Assembly: GCA_010093995.1 (NCBI GenBank)
Contig: ML992515.1
Location: 363,533-427,532, forward strand
DNA length: 64,000 bases
Source of the DNA: Elsinoe ampelina
Lineage: Eukaryota
Reading direction: 5' to 3'
The translations under genes were made by a program, and so were the position numbers. The notes beneath the pieces were generated by a model that was not told the origin of the DNA, did no database searches, and saw nothing but the letters and a program-made list of their open reading frames with translations. Shown in pieces: positions 33,505 through 46,525 of the stretch. The stretch's first letter is position 1. Every line of letters starts with the position of its first letter.

Positions 33505-36500
33505 CTATATCGAGACTTTAAATAACTATAACTAAGCAATAGAGCTATTAAATTATCTAGTTATTCTACTACTTATATAACTACTAACTATTACTTATAA
33601 AGAATTAAAGAATTAAAGAAGAAGCTATTATAACTATAGTTCCTACGTATACTATAATAGATTCTCGCTGCCGCTATATAGGTTAATACTACGAACTTTA
33701 AAGATATAAGAAGAAGGTAATAAGTCGAGTTATAGACGACTCTTAAAGGAAGTAGACCGCTAGCTAAAACTTTTTAATATTCCCTTTATTACGCGTTAAC
33801 TTTTTATACTATTTTATTTATAACTAACTACGCTAAGTATAGCTCGCTCTAACTATAGTAAAGATAATTACTATATAAGTAAGATCTCTTTACTCTCTAC
33901 TAACAATAATAATAAACTAGTCTAGTTAGCCTATTACGACCTTATCTACCTTAGCGACACTAACCTTAAGAAGAGACTATAAGAGATAGATAAGATAACT
34001 ACTCTACGTAAGGCCTTTACCTTTATCGAGTTTACCTACGATAAATAGGTTACTATATATAACTTAGCGCGTACTAACGCTCTTAACCTATATAACTAGT
34101 TAGACAACACTCTAATAGAACTAGATACTACTAATAGCACTACTAATAATCTTACTATCTAAACTATACGCTACCTTATAGACATTAGTAAACTTAAGGC
34201 CGAACTAGCCTAGCTAAGAGCCGAGATAGAATATGCTATACTAGCTCTCTCTATATATAGTAATATATTATTTAAAAAGATACTAGACTTCGCTATCTTC
34301 TCTAGTAGTACTCTAGAATAGTTCGAGGTTTTTAAGCACTAGATAAAGAATAAGATACGTACTAATACTAACTATTTCTCTACTAAGGTAACCTAGTTTA
34401 CCTATCTCTACTCGCGCCTTTCTAGTAAAGTATATACTCTTATTATAGACTTCGCCGGTAATAACACTCTTAACGTCGAAGCTGCTCTTAGTATCTTAGC
34501 CTAGTGCTTTAAAGACTCTAACTGTAAGGCTACTACGCGCGCTTAGTTCGCTAGCCTCTTCTAGTATAATACCTCTTTTAACTCCTTTATTAGCGAATTT
34601 AATAAGTACGCTCTTCGCGCTAAGATTACTAAGGATAAATAGCTCTACTAGTTACGTTAGAAAATATCTAATAAACTACGTATTGCCCTTGTTAACTTTA
34701 ATACTAATAACCTTTCTACCTTTATTATAAAGGCCTATACTACTAACTATAATATCTAATAGAGCAACCTTATTACTAAGCGCACTTAGGCCTTACGCTC
34801 TAGCCTAGCTATAAGCTACGCTACTACGGCACTAATCTATGTGTCTTATTCTACTTCCGCGCCTACTGCTCTAGCTACCTTCTACCCTATTACTAGAGGA
34901 GCTCTATAGCTCTTCTATCTAGCTCTAATACTTACCTATTACGTATGTAGCAAGCCTAGCTATATCTCTACTAAGTATATAGCTAGCGCCTTAGAGAAGG
35001 CTACTTATACTACTATATGTCCTATACGTATTAGTGCTATAGAAGAGATATAATAGCTCTAGGATCGCTTAGCCGAATTAAGCAACTAAGTCGATACTAG
35101 TTTAGCTTACGAACTAGATCTAGTTTAGCCTTAGTTTAACCCCGAAATGGATTATAAGTCTACTAACCTATCTAGCTAGGGAAATAAGTAGCTAAAGAAC
35201 AAGTTCTATTCTCTAGTAGAATAAGGGTAATTCGAGATAGATCCGGAGGTATATAGTTATTAAATAGCGTCGTTAGCTACTACATCCCCGCTATTATAAC
35301 TTCTATTACTATTTACGACCCCTATAACCGCTCTTACACTATTACACTTTAAGCCTTTATTAACACTAGCGCGCTTATTAGCGCCGTAGTTAACTATAAC
35401 GTTCTTAATAAGCTAAAGAGTTTTAGCTGTCCGGTGGCACTAGCTAGCCCTATTTAGCTTTAGGCTTATAATAGTGTTCTAATAGAACAAGTTACTTATA
35501 GCGTCTCTCTTACTACTACCGTTTCTAGTAAGCTAAATAACCTTACTACCTTCCGTATTATAGATATTAGCTAATTCGATATTATCCTTAGCCTCGGATG
35601 GCTTAAGGCTAATAGAGCTACTATTAACTATAAGTATAGCTAAGTTATATATAAAGAAGAGTTTTCACTAATAGTCGTTAAGTAGGAGCTACTATAGCTA
35701 ATTAAAAGACTAGAATCTAGATCTAAGCCTAGCTTAGATCTAGGAATCTAGCTCGGTAAAGCTACTACTCTAGTTTAGAACTAGTTTAGTTCTAATCTAA
35801 CTCGCGAACTAGGTTCTAGCTTAGCTACTAAGATAGGACGAACTAGACTATATCGACTACTAGCTCTTAGGTCGAACTTTAAGCTAAATTAGGGAGAGTT
35901 TAAGCTAATCTCTTATAGTACTTAGCTAATGTATAAGTTCTCCTACGTACTTACCTACGTAAGTGACACTAAGTAAGAAGAGCTAACTATTGCTTTTATT
36001 AGCGCCGCTACCTTTGTATTAGTAGCTAAATACTAAAAGAACAAGGTGTTTATAATCTTAGTAAAGAATATTAAGGACTACTACTAGATAGCTTCTAAGC
36101 TAGAACTAGACCCTATAGTAGTTCTCCTAGAAGAGCTATAGGAGTTTACTAATATCTTCTCTAAAGAGTAATCTAATACGCTCCCTCTATATCGGCTAGA
36201 TTTCGACAATCGGATTACACTTAAGAATAGAGCTAAACTACTACGTACTAAACCTCTTTACTACCTATTACTAGAGGAGCTCGATATAGTAGAGCTATTT
36301 ATCCGTAAGTACCTTAATAAAGGCTTTATTACGCTAAGCTCGGCTAGCTATTCCTTGCCTATTCTCTTTGTTTATAAGCCTAGTAGCAGACTTTGCCTTT
36401 ACGTCGATTACTATAGCCTTAATAAGGTAACTAAGCGAGATATCTATCCTCTACCTCTTATTAAAGAAACACTTACGCGCGTAAGTAAAGCTAAATAGTT

Positions 36501-39288
36501 TAGTAAGATTAACATCTATTAAGCCTTCTACTACCTCTATAACTCTATTAATAGTAAAGACCTTACTATATTCTCTATACGCATAGGTAACTTTAAGTAG
36601 TTAGTAATACTATTTAGCCTTACTAACGCCTCTATAGTATAGTAGAGGTTTATAAATTATAACTTTATTAATATACTTAAGCGCTTTGTGTTAATCTATC
36701 TTAATAATATTCTTATCTATACCGACGGCACTTGCTAAAAGCATGCTAAGTATATTAAGCTAGTACTCTAATATCTCTACGATTTAGGCCTAAACGCTAA
36801 TATTAAGAAGAGCAAGTTCTACCTAATAGAAGTAAAGTATCTTAGTATTATTGTTAGTCGAGATAGAGTTAAGATAGATCTAAAGAAGGTCGAAGCTATA
36901 TAAGCCTAGAAATAACTAGCCTCTAGTAACACTACTTAGGTAAGAAGCTTTATTAGTTTCTATAGCTACTATCGCTACTTTATTAAGGAATTTAGCACTA
37001 TTACTAAGCTGTTAAATAACCTACTTAAGAAGAACGCTACGCTATAGAATAATAAGTATACTACTATATTTAACTATATAAAGTATACTATTACGAGTGT
37101 CTCTATCTTAGCGTACTTCGATTACTTAAAGTAAGTAGTCGTCGAAACTAACGCCTCTAACACTACTACCGCTAGGATTCTATTGTAATATAACAATTCT
37201 AACGTCCTCTAGCCCGTTACCTTCTTTAGTAAATCTATAAGTAAAGCCGAATATAACTATATAATCTACAATAAGGAGCTATTAGTAATTGTCTAAGCCT
37301 TTAAGGAATAGGCCCCTAAGCTTATAAGTACTTAATCTAATAAGGCTATTTACGTCCTTACTAACTACTAATCCTTAATGCATTTTATAAAGACTTAGAA
37401 GCTATTACGCCGCTAAGCGCGCTAGGCTCTTTACCTTACGTAGTTTAACTTTAAGATTATATATAGGCCTAGCGCTGCTAATAGTAAGGCTAATATACTT
37501 ATAAGGAGAAATAGAGATATACTACGTTTGAAGGAAGACCCTAATCTACGCTAGACGCTATTGCTATATAAAGTGCTAGATTAGCGCATTATCGACGAAC
37601 TAAATCTAGGTCGTATCTAAGCTAGATTACTAATCTAGGCTAAACTAAGATCTAGTTTAGCACCTATTTCGCCACCTATTTTGCCGCCTATTTCGGCTTA
37701 TAAGCTAGGCACCTATATAGTACCTATCTCCGCTATAGAAGAGCCTTTACCCCTTTTTAATAAAGTAGCTAAAGCTAACTTACGAGACTTTAACTTCGAG
37801 ACAGTTCGTAGCGTCTACTATATAATAGAAGCCTTCCTAAAGAGGAAATAGTTACTATTAACTAATGTTACAATTAAGAAGAGAATACTATACACTACTA
37901 GCCGATTAATTGTGCCTTTCTCTATAGCTATAAAAGTTATCTAAGGAGTCTATATATCGAAGAATTATACACATAGAGGGGCTACTAAGACGGCTACTAT
38001 AATTAAGTCTACTTTCTATATCCCTAGGTGTAATTCTAACGTTAAGAGGTTCGTCGCTAACTATTACAACTATAAGCGCTTAAAGGCTCGCTATAGCTTA
38101 CTAGCTAGCCCCCTATCGCTATTGCCTATTCTAGTTAGGCCCTAGCAATATATTACTATAGACTTCGTTACTAGCCTACCTCTAGTAGATAGCTATAACG
38201 TAGTACTATATGTTATTAATCGCTTATCTAAGGAACGACACTTAATCTCTTACTTCTAGAGAGAAGAAGAAACCTCTATATTCGAGACAGCTAAGCTATT
38301 ATTCTTCTATATATAGAAACTATATAGCCTACTAGATAGTATCACCTTAGATTGTAGCTCTTAGTTCGTTAGCGACGTATAGAAGAGACTCTACTAAATC
38401 CTAAAGATTACTACTAAACTATCTACTATAGGGTATCTATAGATAGACGGCTAATTAGAGGTTATAAATCGTAAGTTTAAGCGAGTTATTTGTTTATACG
38501 CTACACGCTTTAGTAATTAGACTCTTATTCTACTAGTTATAGAGTTCTCTACTAACGTTAACCTATTAGAGAGCACTAAGCTATTACTATTCGAGGTTAC
38601 TAGAGGATATAAGCTAAGGCTAAGCTTTTAACTCCCTTCCGATACACTATTAATAAGAGCTAAGCTAAATAAGATCGACATCCGTGCACTTGCTAAACAA
38701 CTAGAAGAAGCGCTAGCTATTACTAAAGCTAACCTCGCTATTGCCTAATTACGTATAGTAGAATAAGCTAATAAGTACTACTAGCTAATAGAGTTTAAGG
38801 TAGGTAATTTAGTATAGTTATTAACAAAGAACCTCTAGCTATATAGTAATCTAAAGCTACTACTAAAACACGTTAGTCTATATAAGATCCTTAAGAAGTA
38901 GTTACTATTAGTATATAAGCTAGATCTACTAGCTACGCTACAATAAATCTACCTTATATTCTATACTAATCTACTTACTAAGCATCTAAATAACTCTCTA
39001 CTAGGCTAAGCCTTTAAGGAACTACCTCCGATAGAAGTTAATAGTAAAGAGAAATACGAGGTAGACGACGTAGTTAATATACATATACTACATAGTAAAC
39101 TAGTTACTTATATAAGCTAGAAGAGCTATCCGGAGAATCTTATCTAGTGGCTAATTAACAATCTTAAAGGAGTAGCCGATATACTACGTAACTATCTAGA
39201 CTCTTATATAGATAAGCTAAGGCCGAAATAGATTAATAAATAATGTATAATAGTGTTTAAGAGTAAATACACTTAAGAGAGAAAGTAG

Positions 39289-39492
39289 TAATATAAGATA
39301 GATACAAACTAGATTTAGTTAGGATATAGTTTAGATTAGTTACGTAATCTCGGCATTGTAGCCCGGGCTTCCGGCCGCTCCGCCCTTAATATTACGTGTG
39401 CTTTATATACTAGCTTTTCTTCTTCTTCTTCTAAGTCTTAATATTTTAATAAATAGATATAATTAACTCTCTTACCTTACTAGTCGTAATTA
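39289..39492 (+). repeat. 3' LTR
   Basis: Direct repeat of 33301-33504; differences I checked are C/T or G/A transitions. Confidence 0.95.
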
Positions 39493-39839
39493 CTTATCCT
39501 CTAGATAGTAGAGTAAGTAACCTTAGTAGTACTATAGATAGTATAGTCTAAATAGCTTTTAGCTAGAAGAAACTCTATATTAGCTAATTTAGCTAGAGTA
39601 ATTTAATAGTTTACTATACTAGCTATTATATCTTTTTTTAGCTTTAAAAATCAAGTAATTAACGATAATTACAACTATAATCTATCTAGACTTCTAGCTA
39701 GCCAAATTTGGTAATGCAACGTCTTAAACGATCACGCCAAGCCTGGGGGTGGCTCGTTTGAACTAAAAAGCCCTGTACCAGATTTCGAGCAGGGGGGACG
39801 GGACCTCGGCTGCCGCCACATCAAACCAGAAATTTGTGA

Positions 39840-42248
39840 CGAATTCCACACACACCGCACGACAATTACTACCAGAGCAACCATGGTTTCGCAGAACTTC
39901 AGTCAGAGGTCGATCGGACGCTGGATGCTCTTCGAAGCTGGCGAAAGGCACTGTTGTACGACCAGCAAGCCATCGCGCGAGGTGCGGCGACCGACGAAGA
40001 GCGAGATGCCTTGATGATGGCGTCTGCAGCAATCCTGGAGAATCTGCAACAGGTCGCCCAGCAGATCCGGAGACTGGTCGACAAGAGCCACAATGGGACT
40101 AGACCAGGCACGGACATTGAGCAAAACCTGCAAGCTGGCATCGAGAAGAATCTCGAATATCATGAATTCGTCGCCCACAATATCGAACAGCTGGCTGAAG
40201 GAGAAACCGAGGCACAAAGGGCGCAGGACAGATTGCTCAACCATGTATCTTCACGTATTACTACTATGGAGGATCGTGAAGAACAAAACTTCGAATTACT
40301 GTCCAGTCGTATCGAGAACTACAGCACCAAAGTGCTCGACCAAGAAGACATCCAGCACCTCATCACATCATTGTATCAAAGTCATATCGCACCCGAACTC
40401 CAGAAAATGCATCAAAGCTACCGTAGTGCCATCACTAGACAGAATGCTGAGATCGGCGGCCCTGGCACTGGCATGGCAGACTATGAGACGATCAAACGAC
40501 AGCGTGATGAGCTGCAACAGACAGTCCGGGACTTCCAGAATATCGATGAAGAGGCGGCAACAAGCCAGCTCACTGGATTACGATTCGAACTGAACGAGTT
40601 GAAGCGTCAAAATGACATGTTGAAGCTCGAAGTTGCTCAGGCCAAAGAGCGAGCGGACGAGGCTGAAGCGGCGAATCAGAGACACAGTGCGGAATGGAGG
40701 AACATTCTGGACTTGCAAACACGCAAAGTGGACCGACTCGTTGACACGGAAAAGCGACAGGGGCACGAGATCAAATTACTCACAGACAAGAATACCAAGT
40801 ACCGGCAGAGCACCAGCGATCTTCACAAGGAATTAGAAAGAATCCGCAGCGAGCGTGAGGATCAACGAAGACAGAAGAACCACTACAAGGATATTCTTCG
40901 CAGGAACGGCCTACTAGAGGAGATGGATGAACCTGTGGATCTTGATGCTCCGCTCGTCGAAAGTGTTCCCACACCCACCAAGCGTGGAGCCACGTCTCCA
41001 GCCAGCTCGTTGAAAATAAAACGACAACGATCCGATACTTCGCTGCTTCTCAGGGAGGAAAGTCTCGCCACTAAGATTACCCAGCAACTTGCGGAGCGCT
41101 TTGGCATGCAGCAGATGGGATTCCAGCATCAGCAGCAACCATCAACTCTTGGGTACCAATTCGGTCAGAACACCTCGCCCGGCTTTGCTCAATTTGGTCA
41201 GAACACATCGGCGACCTCTCTCGGATTTAATCCAGGTATCCCAGGAAACCCTTTTGCGCCTCTCCCTGGTGTCGCTCAAGGTCAAGCAGGCACAAGCAAG
41301 CCATTCGGGAGCGTACCTGTCCCCGGTCCTACTACGGGTGCCTTCTCCAAGTGGCGTGACCATCAAGAGAAGTCCCAGCAAGATACACCAGTTCCTGAGT
41401 GGGGTACAATGGAGTCTGAACGTCAATTCGAATCACCTGTACCGCCGTCCGAAGCTGCTAGCGTGGATGATATCATCAGACCGTTCGTAGAGGGTACTCC
41501 AGGTGGGGGCACACCTCAGCAGAACACCTCACGCAAGGTCCTACCCCCTGCTCCTTCAGAGTATCCGCCAAGGTCGTTGTCACCAAAGAAATCTGCCCCG
41601 AATCTTGGTAACACTTTACCCTCAAGGAATCCCGCTACTACCAAACCAGTGAGGACGAATGCCCCGCTTCCTGCTGCCACCAACCCACCGTCACGTAGTC
41701 TGAGAAGCAGAGCCAGCATGCCCAGCGTTCAGCAGCCACCGGCGTCACCTCCACATCCTACCAGATACCATGTCACCGATGTCTTCATCAATGAGGAGTC
41801 CTGGATCAATGCTTCGGTCCCTAGCGACACGAACAAGAAACACATCCTCGACGTCAAGCAGGCAGCTTGGAATGGAACGCCGCTCGATACTTAGGCTCGC
41901 AAGAGCAATCGTTTGTTCATGGCTGTAAATAGGGGTACCAGATGCATGAACTCGATAAGCAAGGGGCCATGGTTGGGTGGTAAGGAATGGACGTACGAGC
42001 AGGCCATGAGTGGAGAGAAGTGCCCGCATGATGAAGTTACTACCAGATTATGTGTCTTCTCGCAAGACAAGGAGGTCGAAACGGCTGAAGACGTCGTCAA
42101 GCTAGGCGTTATTGGACTGCCGCAACGCGTGATGAGCAGGCCAGGGTCAACCAGGAGCGCGAGAATAACTACCAGAATTGATCCATCTGGTAGTTTTAGT
42201 GATAAGAAACCTGTGTTTTTAGAATCCGTGTCTGTGCCCCCCACCTGA
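39840..42248 (+). pseudogene. Family B copy B3, near full length, with in-frame premature stop at 41892-41894; start uncertain
   Basis: ORFs 39954-41894 and 41913-42248 are in the same frame (..PLDT*ARKSNRLFMAVNRGTRCMNS..) and align continuously with B2; frame open from 39840. Confidence 0.8.
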
Positions 42249-42254
42249 ATCGTT

Positions 42255-42590
42255 CCCCGGGTAGTTCTACGAGAGGAATACTACCAGGTCGCCTGGCTTA
42301 CCTTACTGAACTGTCTTTGTATCTACAACCTAGTAGTTTCGCGAGAAGAATACTACCAGACCGCATGGCTTATCTTAATGACCTACCTCCCTGCCTGAAA
42401 CCTAGTAGTATTATATTCTAGGTACTACTAGCTTTACTGCTTTACTGTCTCTACCTAAATCCTACTGTTTTACTTCTAGTAGTTTTACACGGAGAATACT
42501 ACTAGGTTGCCTAGCTTACCTTAGTGACCTGTCTCTATGCCTATAACCTAGTAGTACTACTTCTTAGGTACTACTAAGCTACATAGCTTA
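42255..42590 (+). repeat. CTGGTAGT-dyad minisatellite downstream of B3 (left part, increasingly RIP-mutated)
   Basis: gagaagaatactaccagaccgcatggcttatctt..cctccctgcctgaaacctagtagta matches 20814-20882; dyads with 14-nt spacers at 42258, 42330, 42402. Confidence 0.85.
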
Positions 42591-42899
42591 TTCTTGCTCC
42601 TAAAAATCCTAGGATAAGCTTAGTAATCTAGATAGCTACGCATACTAAAATCTACTAATATTAGTCTATTTTATGAATTATATATCTATTTCGTATCTAT
42701 TTAAGGCCGAACTAGTCTATACTATTAATCTATCTTAGTAGCTAAGCTAGACATCTATCTAGCACAACTTTAACTCTATCTTAGCTACGAACTAGACGCG
42801 AGCTAGATCGACACTTCTATAGCGCCGAGTCTATCTTAGCTATCTATCTAAGATTAATACGATCTCTAAGCCTTTTTTAAGGATAGAAGAATAATAGAT

Positions 42900-43860
42900 A
42901 GCATATATAGGCTTATACCTTACCTCTTACGTAGCGCTATTAGCTAGAGATATATAAATTAGTATAATACTAGGCACGTCGAGCTTCTAATTACTCTCTA
43001 AGATAGAGGCTAGCTAAGGACCCTTACTAACGAGATGCTTAATAATCTTAAATGCCTTATAGTAGATAAGCCTAATATGTACTTAGACAAGTATATAGAG
43101 TACCTTAAGCTTAAATAGGGCGTAATAGTGTTATAATCTACTATTAGTTATAGCCTCCTTTCTCGAGATTTGCCACTTAAGGTAATAGGTTAAATTACTA
43201 GCTAGAGAGACAAGGAATTATATAGTACTTAGCATAAGAATATTAAGCACTATTAGAGTAACTAGCTCGTCTTCGTTAACGAGGCTATAGTAAGCGAAAG
43301 GTGCTTAATAAGGCGCTAAGGTTGTACTATATAAGGCGTGCTAGTAGCGGATTAGATAGACTAGTATATTAGTAAGCGCTTCTTAGTACTTCTAGCTATT
43401 ACTAAGGAGAAGTAGTTAAAGGATCCTATAGTCTTCTAAGGCTTAATTACTGCCGAGATCTTCGAGGATTAGTTTTAGAACTACCTAATACTATAGTATA
43501 TACCTTTTCTAGGCCTATAGTTAGTAGTAGTATTAGATAATTACTTAATTCACTAGTGTAAAGTAAGTAAAATCTAATATAAATAAGTGCTAAGCTAAGA
43601 CTTTAGGTACTTATATATATTACTCGTAGTTATAGAGTTACTATTATTTTCCTACTAGCCTATTTACTAGATCTTAATCTAATAGAGAAGAGCTTCTACC
43701 TATTAAAGTAGTAGATGTACTATTATCGCTACCTTACGCTAGAGTAGCTATTACTAGAGTATTATAGCGATTTTGTTAACTTTATATAAGAGGCAGCTAA
43801 TAGGTTTAGTAATAGCGTAGATTAGAAAGCTATCTTTAGAAGCTATATAGTAAATGTGTA
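42900..43860 (+). pseudogene. Tc1/IS630-family DDE transposase relic; limits approximate
   Basis: RIP versions of motifs LVFVNEA (~43266), VVVLDNYLIH (~43523), FLLAYLLDLNLIEKSF (~43649); intron-like gtaagt..ctaag..tttag 43563-43606. Confidence 0.85.
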
Positions 43861-43984
43861 ATATTAATAGAAGGACTATATAAGCTTGTTATTCTCTATA
43901 TTAGTCTTAATATTAGCCTTATTATTACGCTATATACCGTTCTATAGTTCTCTATTAATAGGTAGTAAATACTTACGTATATTA

Positions 43985-44431
43985 CGAAAATCCTAAAGCC
44001 TAGAAACACTTAGAAATAGTAGCGATTACTACATTTCTAGCGTTTCTAGTATTTCTAGCTTACTCTATGTCCTAGCTATTACTAGCGCTCGCTAGCGAGG
44101 CTAGCGCTCGCTAGCCGTTCTACTTGTTCTAGCTGTTCTAGCTAAAATTTGAAAAAAAACTCTATATATAATATAGTTTAGAATTAAACTTAAAGCTTTT
44201 TAGAATAACAAATTTTGTATAGTAGAAAAAGGAATTACTTATAGGTTATATACTTACCTACTTAGCTATAGAACATATATATTTTACAATAAGAAACAAA
44301 TATATATAATAGTTATTATAAAAATTTAACCTTAAAGAAAAAAATTCTCTTTGCACTAAAAAACTAGCGCTACGTTTCTAGTATTTCTAGTCGTTTTACT
44401 CGTTCTAGCCGTTCTAGCCTTAGGATTTTTA
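43985..44431. mobile_element. MITE-like non-autonomous element nested in the second transposon
   Basis: TA-flanked inverted ends cgaaaatcctaaagcctagaa / ttctagccttaggattttta; internal short repeats tttctag/gttctagc and duplicated ctagcgctcgctagc. Confidence 0.6.
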
Positions 44432-46209
44432 TAACATATAAATCTCTAGAGAGATAACTAAATAAAACTACAAAGGCTAAATTATAGTATAGCCTCTTTA
44501 ATATTGTTCTTTAATGCTCTTTAGAGCAGTTTTATATTCTAGTAGCTACGCTCGAGGTCTATAAAGGTAGTACTAAGCTATACTTAGTAAGCTAGATTTT
44601 TATACTTAAGAAACTTAAAAAACTAATAGAGGTAGGCTAGAGAGTTAAGTCCCTTAGTACACGAGAAGAATCTATTACTTTAAGAGTATAGTAATCTTAA
44701 ACTATATTAAGCTAAATAATAAGAGTTAGTAGAGAGGCTAGTAAAGGTCGGAAGAGGTACTATAGAACTATAGCTATTTATAAAGAACTATTAGTAGAGA
44801 GAGAAGAGATAAAGAGAGTATAGAGAAGCTCTAGTAGAAGAGAAAAAGAACTAGCCTTTAATACCTCGGCGTTAGTTATGTTACTTCTAAATCTAGTAAT
44901 AGCTCTTCTAAATTTGCTTAATTATGTACTTTAAAGACTACTAAATAGTCGAATTACTAGCGTAGAGGTCCTTACGCTATATAAAGGCTACGTCCTTATT
45001 AATAGAATAGTATATAATAGCCTTAGCGTTATCTATAGAGAAGTAAGCTACTTAATACTTATTTAGATAGTATACGCTAGTGTAACGCTAAAAACTCCTT
45101 ATATCGAGCTAGAATTAATCTTAGAAGTACGTCTTAGCCTAATAATTATATACTAAGTTAGTATATATCTCCCTAAGGTCGTTCTAGCTTAATTAAGTAT
45201 CTAGTAGCACGTACTTAGTCGGTAGAGAAGGCGCTAGCTACTAGAATTATAATGCCTCTAAAGAAGTGCTTAGCGTAACTAGTATAGCTATTACCTCTAC
45301 TACTAGCGTGCTCTATAACTCCTTAATAATAAGCTTAAGAAACTAGACTCTAATTCTACTATAGAATTATAGCTGCTACTTAAGCCTATTATAGGAAGAA
45401 TTAAGAGCGTTAAAATCCTTAAAGACTACGTATAGTTTAATAGTATTTATATAGTTAAAGAGCTTAGTATTACGCTTCTTAAACTGTATATCGACTTCTC
45501 TTTAGCTAGTAATCTAGTTAACGAGGTAGTATAAATCTAGCTAGAGACTAAATAGACTCTTACTAGTATTACTAGTACTCTCTACGTTGCTAATTATATC
45601 TCTTTTAAGGTTAGTAATCCACCTTAAAAGGAAATTAACAACTCGTAGCTACGAGCTAGCTAGTAGTAAAGCCTTCTACTAGCTTAACACCTATCGACTC
45701 CTCGGCGATAATAACACTATACTATAAGTACTAGAGGCCTTAGAAATAGAGCGCTAGGTACCTTTCTAACCTTCTAAAGCCCCTTATAGTGTTCGTTTAT
45801 TAGTATTACTATCGTATAGTACTTAGAGAGGTTGTCGGGGGTTACTCTTAGTATAAGCGTAGGTCCTTAGACTAGTAGCACTTTTAGCCCCTTTTATTAG
45901 CTACTTCGGTAGAGTCTTCTTAATAGCCTTTATAACTAGCGCCTTCTCCTTCTTACTTATTTCTATAGCGGCAGCTTAAGGCTTACTTCTCTTATAACAA
46001 GTTAGCAGTTTTAAACAGATAGGCTTAGGCTTAAAGGTTAAAGGTAGCTTACTAGCTATTAAGTAGCTAGAGTAATATAAGTTACTCTAAGAGTGTTTAA
46101 TAGGCTTCTCTAATGCTAGAGGCTCTCGAAATTAAACGTTTTAAGCACTTAACTAAGTATTACTATTGCTTAGCAGAGTAGGTGTTTACTCTAAGTTTAA
46201 GAGCAATAA

Positions 46210-46525
46210 TACTTGCCCTTGTCTGCTGTCCCGTCACCTTTGGCCATTCTATCAGAGAGACCACCAGCCCGCATGGGTTTCCTTGTAGCCTGTCTCCCTG
46301 CCCAAATCCTGGTAGTAATACCTCTCAGGTACTACCAGCTCTTTGCAGCTTCACCTTGTCTGTCTGCGATCTGCTCCTTCAAGTCTGATAGTATTCGGCC
46401 GCAAGATCCTACCAACTGTGCTCATGAGTCCGGTCTGCCTCTCCTGGATCTCCGAGTGTGCACTGGAAGGTACTGACAGATTGCATTCTCCACTAGGCCC
46501 AACCGTTTCTCCTTCTACATGATCT
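46210..46525 (+). repeat. CTGGTAGT-dyad minisatellite (right part) plus the array-terminal segment
   Basis: Perfect dyad 46309-46338; cgcaagatcctaccaactgtgctcatgagtccggtctgcc..ttctccttctacatgat matches 21670-21793. Confidence 0.85.

Larger units (their letters stand above)
33301..39492 (+). mobile_element. Full-length RIP-inactivated Ty3/gypsy chromovirus-type LTR retrotransposon (6.2 kb)
   Basis: 204-bp LTRs, 5-bp TSD CTTAT (33296-33300, 39493-39497), polypurine tract 39275-39288; RIP relics in gypsy order: CCHC knuckle ~34937, protease AFINTSA ~35353, RT IYLNNILIY ~36694, RNaseH VETNASN 37141, integrase ITIDFVTSLP ~38152, chromodomain YEVDDVVN ~39055. Confidence 0.95.
32420..39610 (-). pseudogene. 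Tc1/IS630-family DDE transposase relic, split by the gypsy insertion
   Basis: Minus-strand translation gives RIP versions of canonical motifs: AYLNKVRDFL, LRKVAKKVA, IYINKLAYN (IDESACN), LVIDNTLIYY (VMDNASIHH), YLLLYLLDFNSIK (YLPPYSPDFNPIE); N-terminal part at 39498-39610. Confidence 0.85.
30219..39775 (-). mobile_element. RIP-inactivated Tc1/mariner (IS630-like) DNA transposon, ~3.36 kb without the nested retroelement
   Basis: 41-bp TIRs cagggcttttcagttcaaacgagccacccccaggcttggcg (30219-30259; 39735-39775, one mismatch); TA target duplication at 30217-18 and 39776-77; empty site restores gtacTAccagattt. Confidence 0.93.
42591..46209 (+). mobile_element. Second RIP-inactivated Tc1/IS630-like transposon (~3.6 kb incl. 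nested MITE) with additional cargo sequence 44450-46190
   Basis: AT-rich block bounded by TA and 14-bp imperfect TIRs (ttcttgctcctaaa / tttaagagcaataa, 12/14); removing it restores the minisatellite linker catagctTActtgcc. Confidence 0.7.

Noticed and set aside
30260..39720. AT-rich block as centromere, organellar insert or foreign DNA
   Set aside because: Fully accounted for by RIP-mutated transposons with defined ends; the TpA excess is the RIP signature.
30219..39775. hAT assignment from the CAGGG TIR start
   Set aside because: No 8-bp TSD; TA duplication and DDE motifs are Tc1/IS630 type.
44700..45700. Ulp1-like protease reading of the minus-strand cargo relic
   Set aside because: No convincing catalytic motif could be recovered from the RIP-degraded translation.
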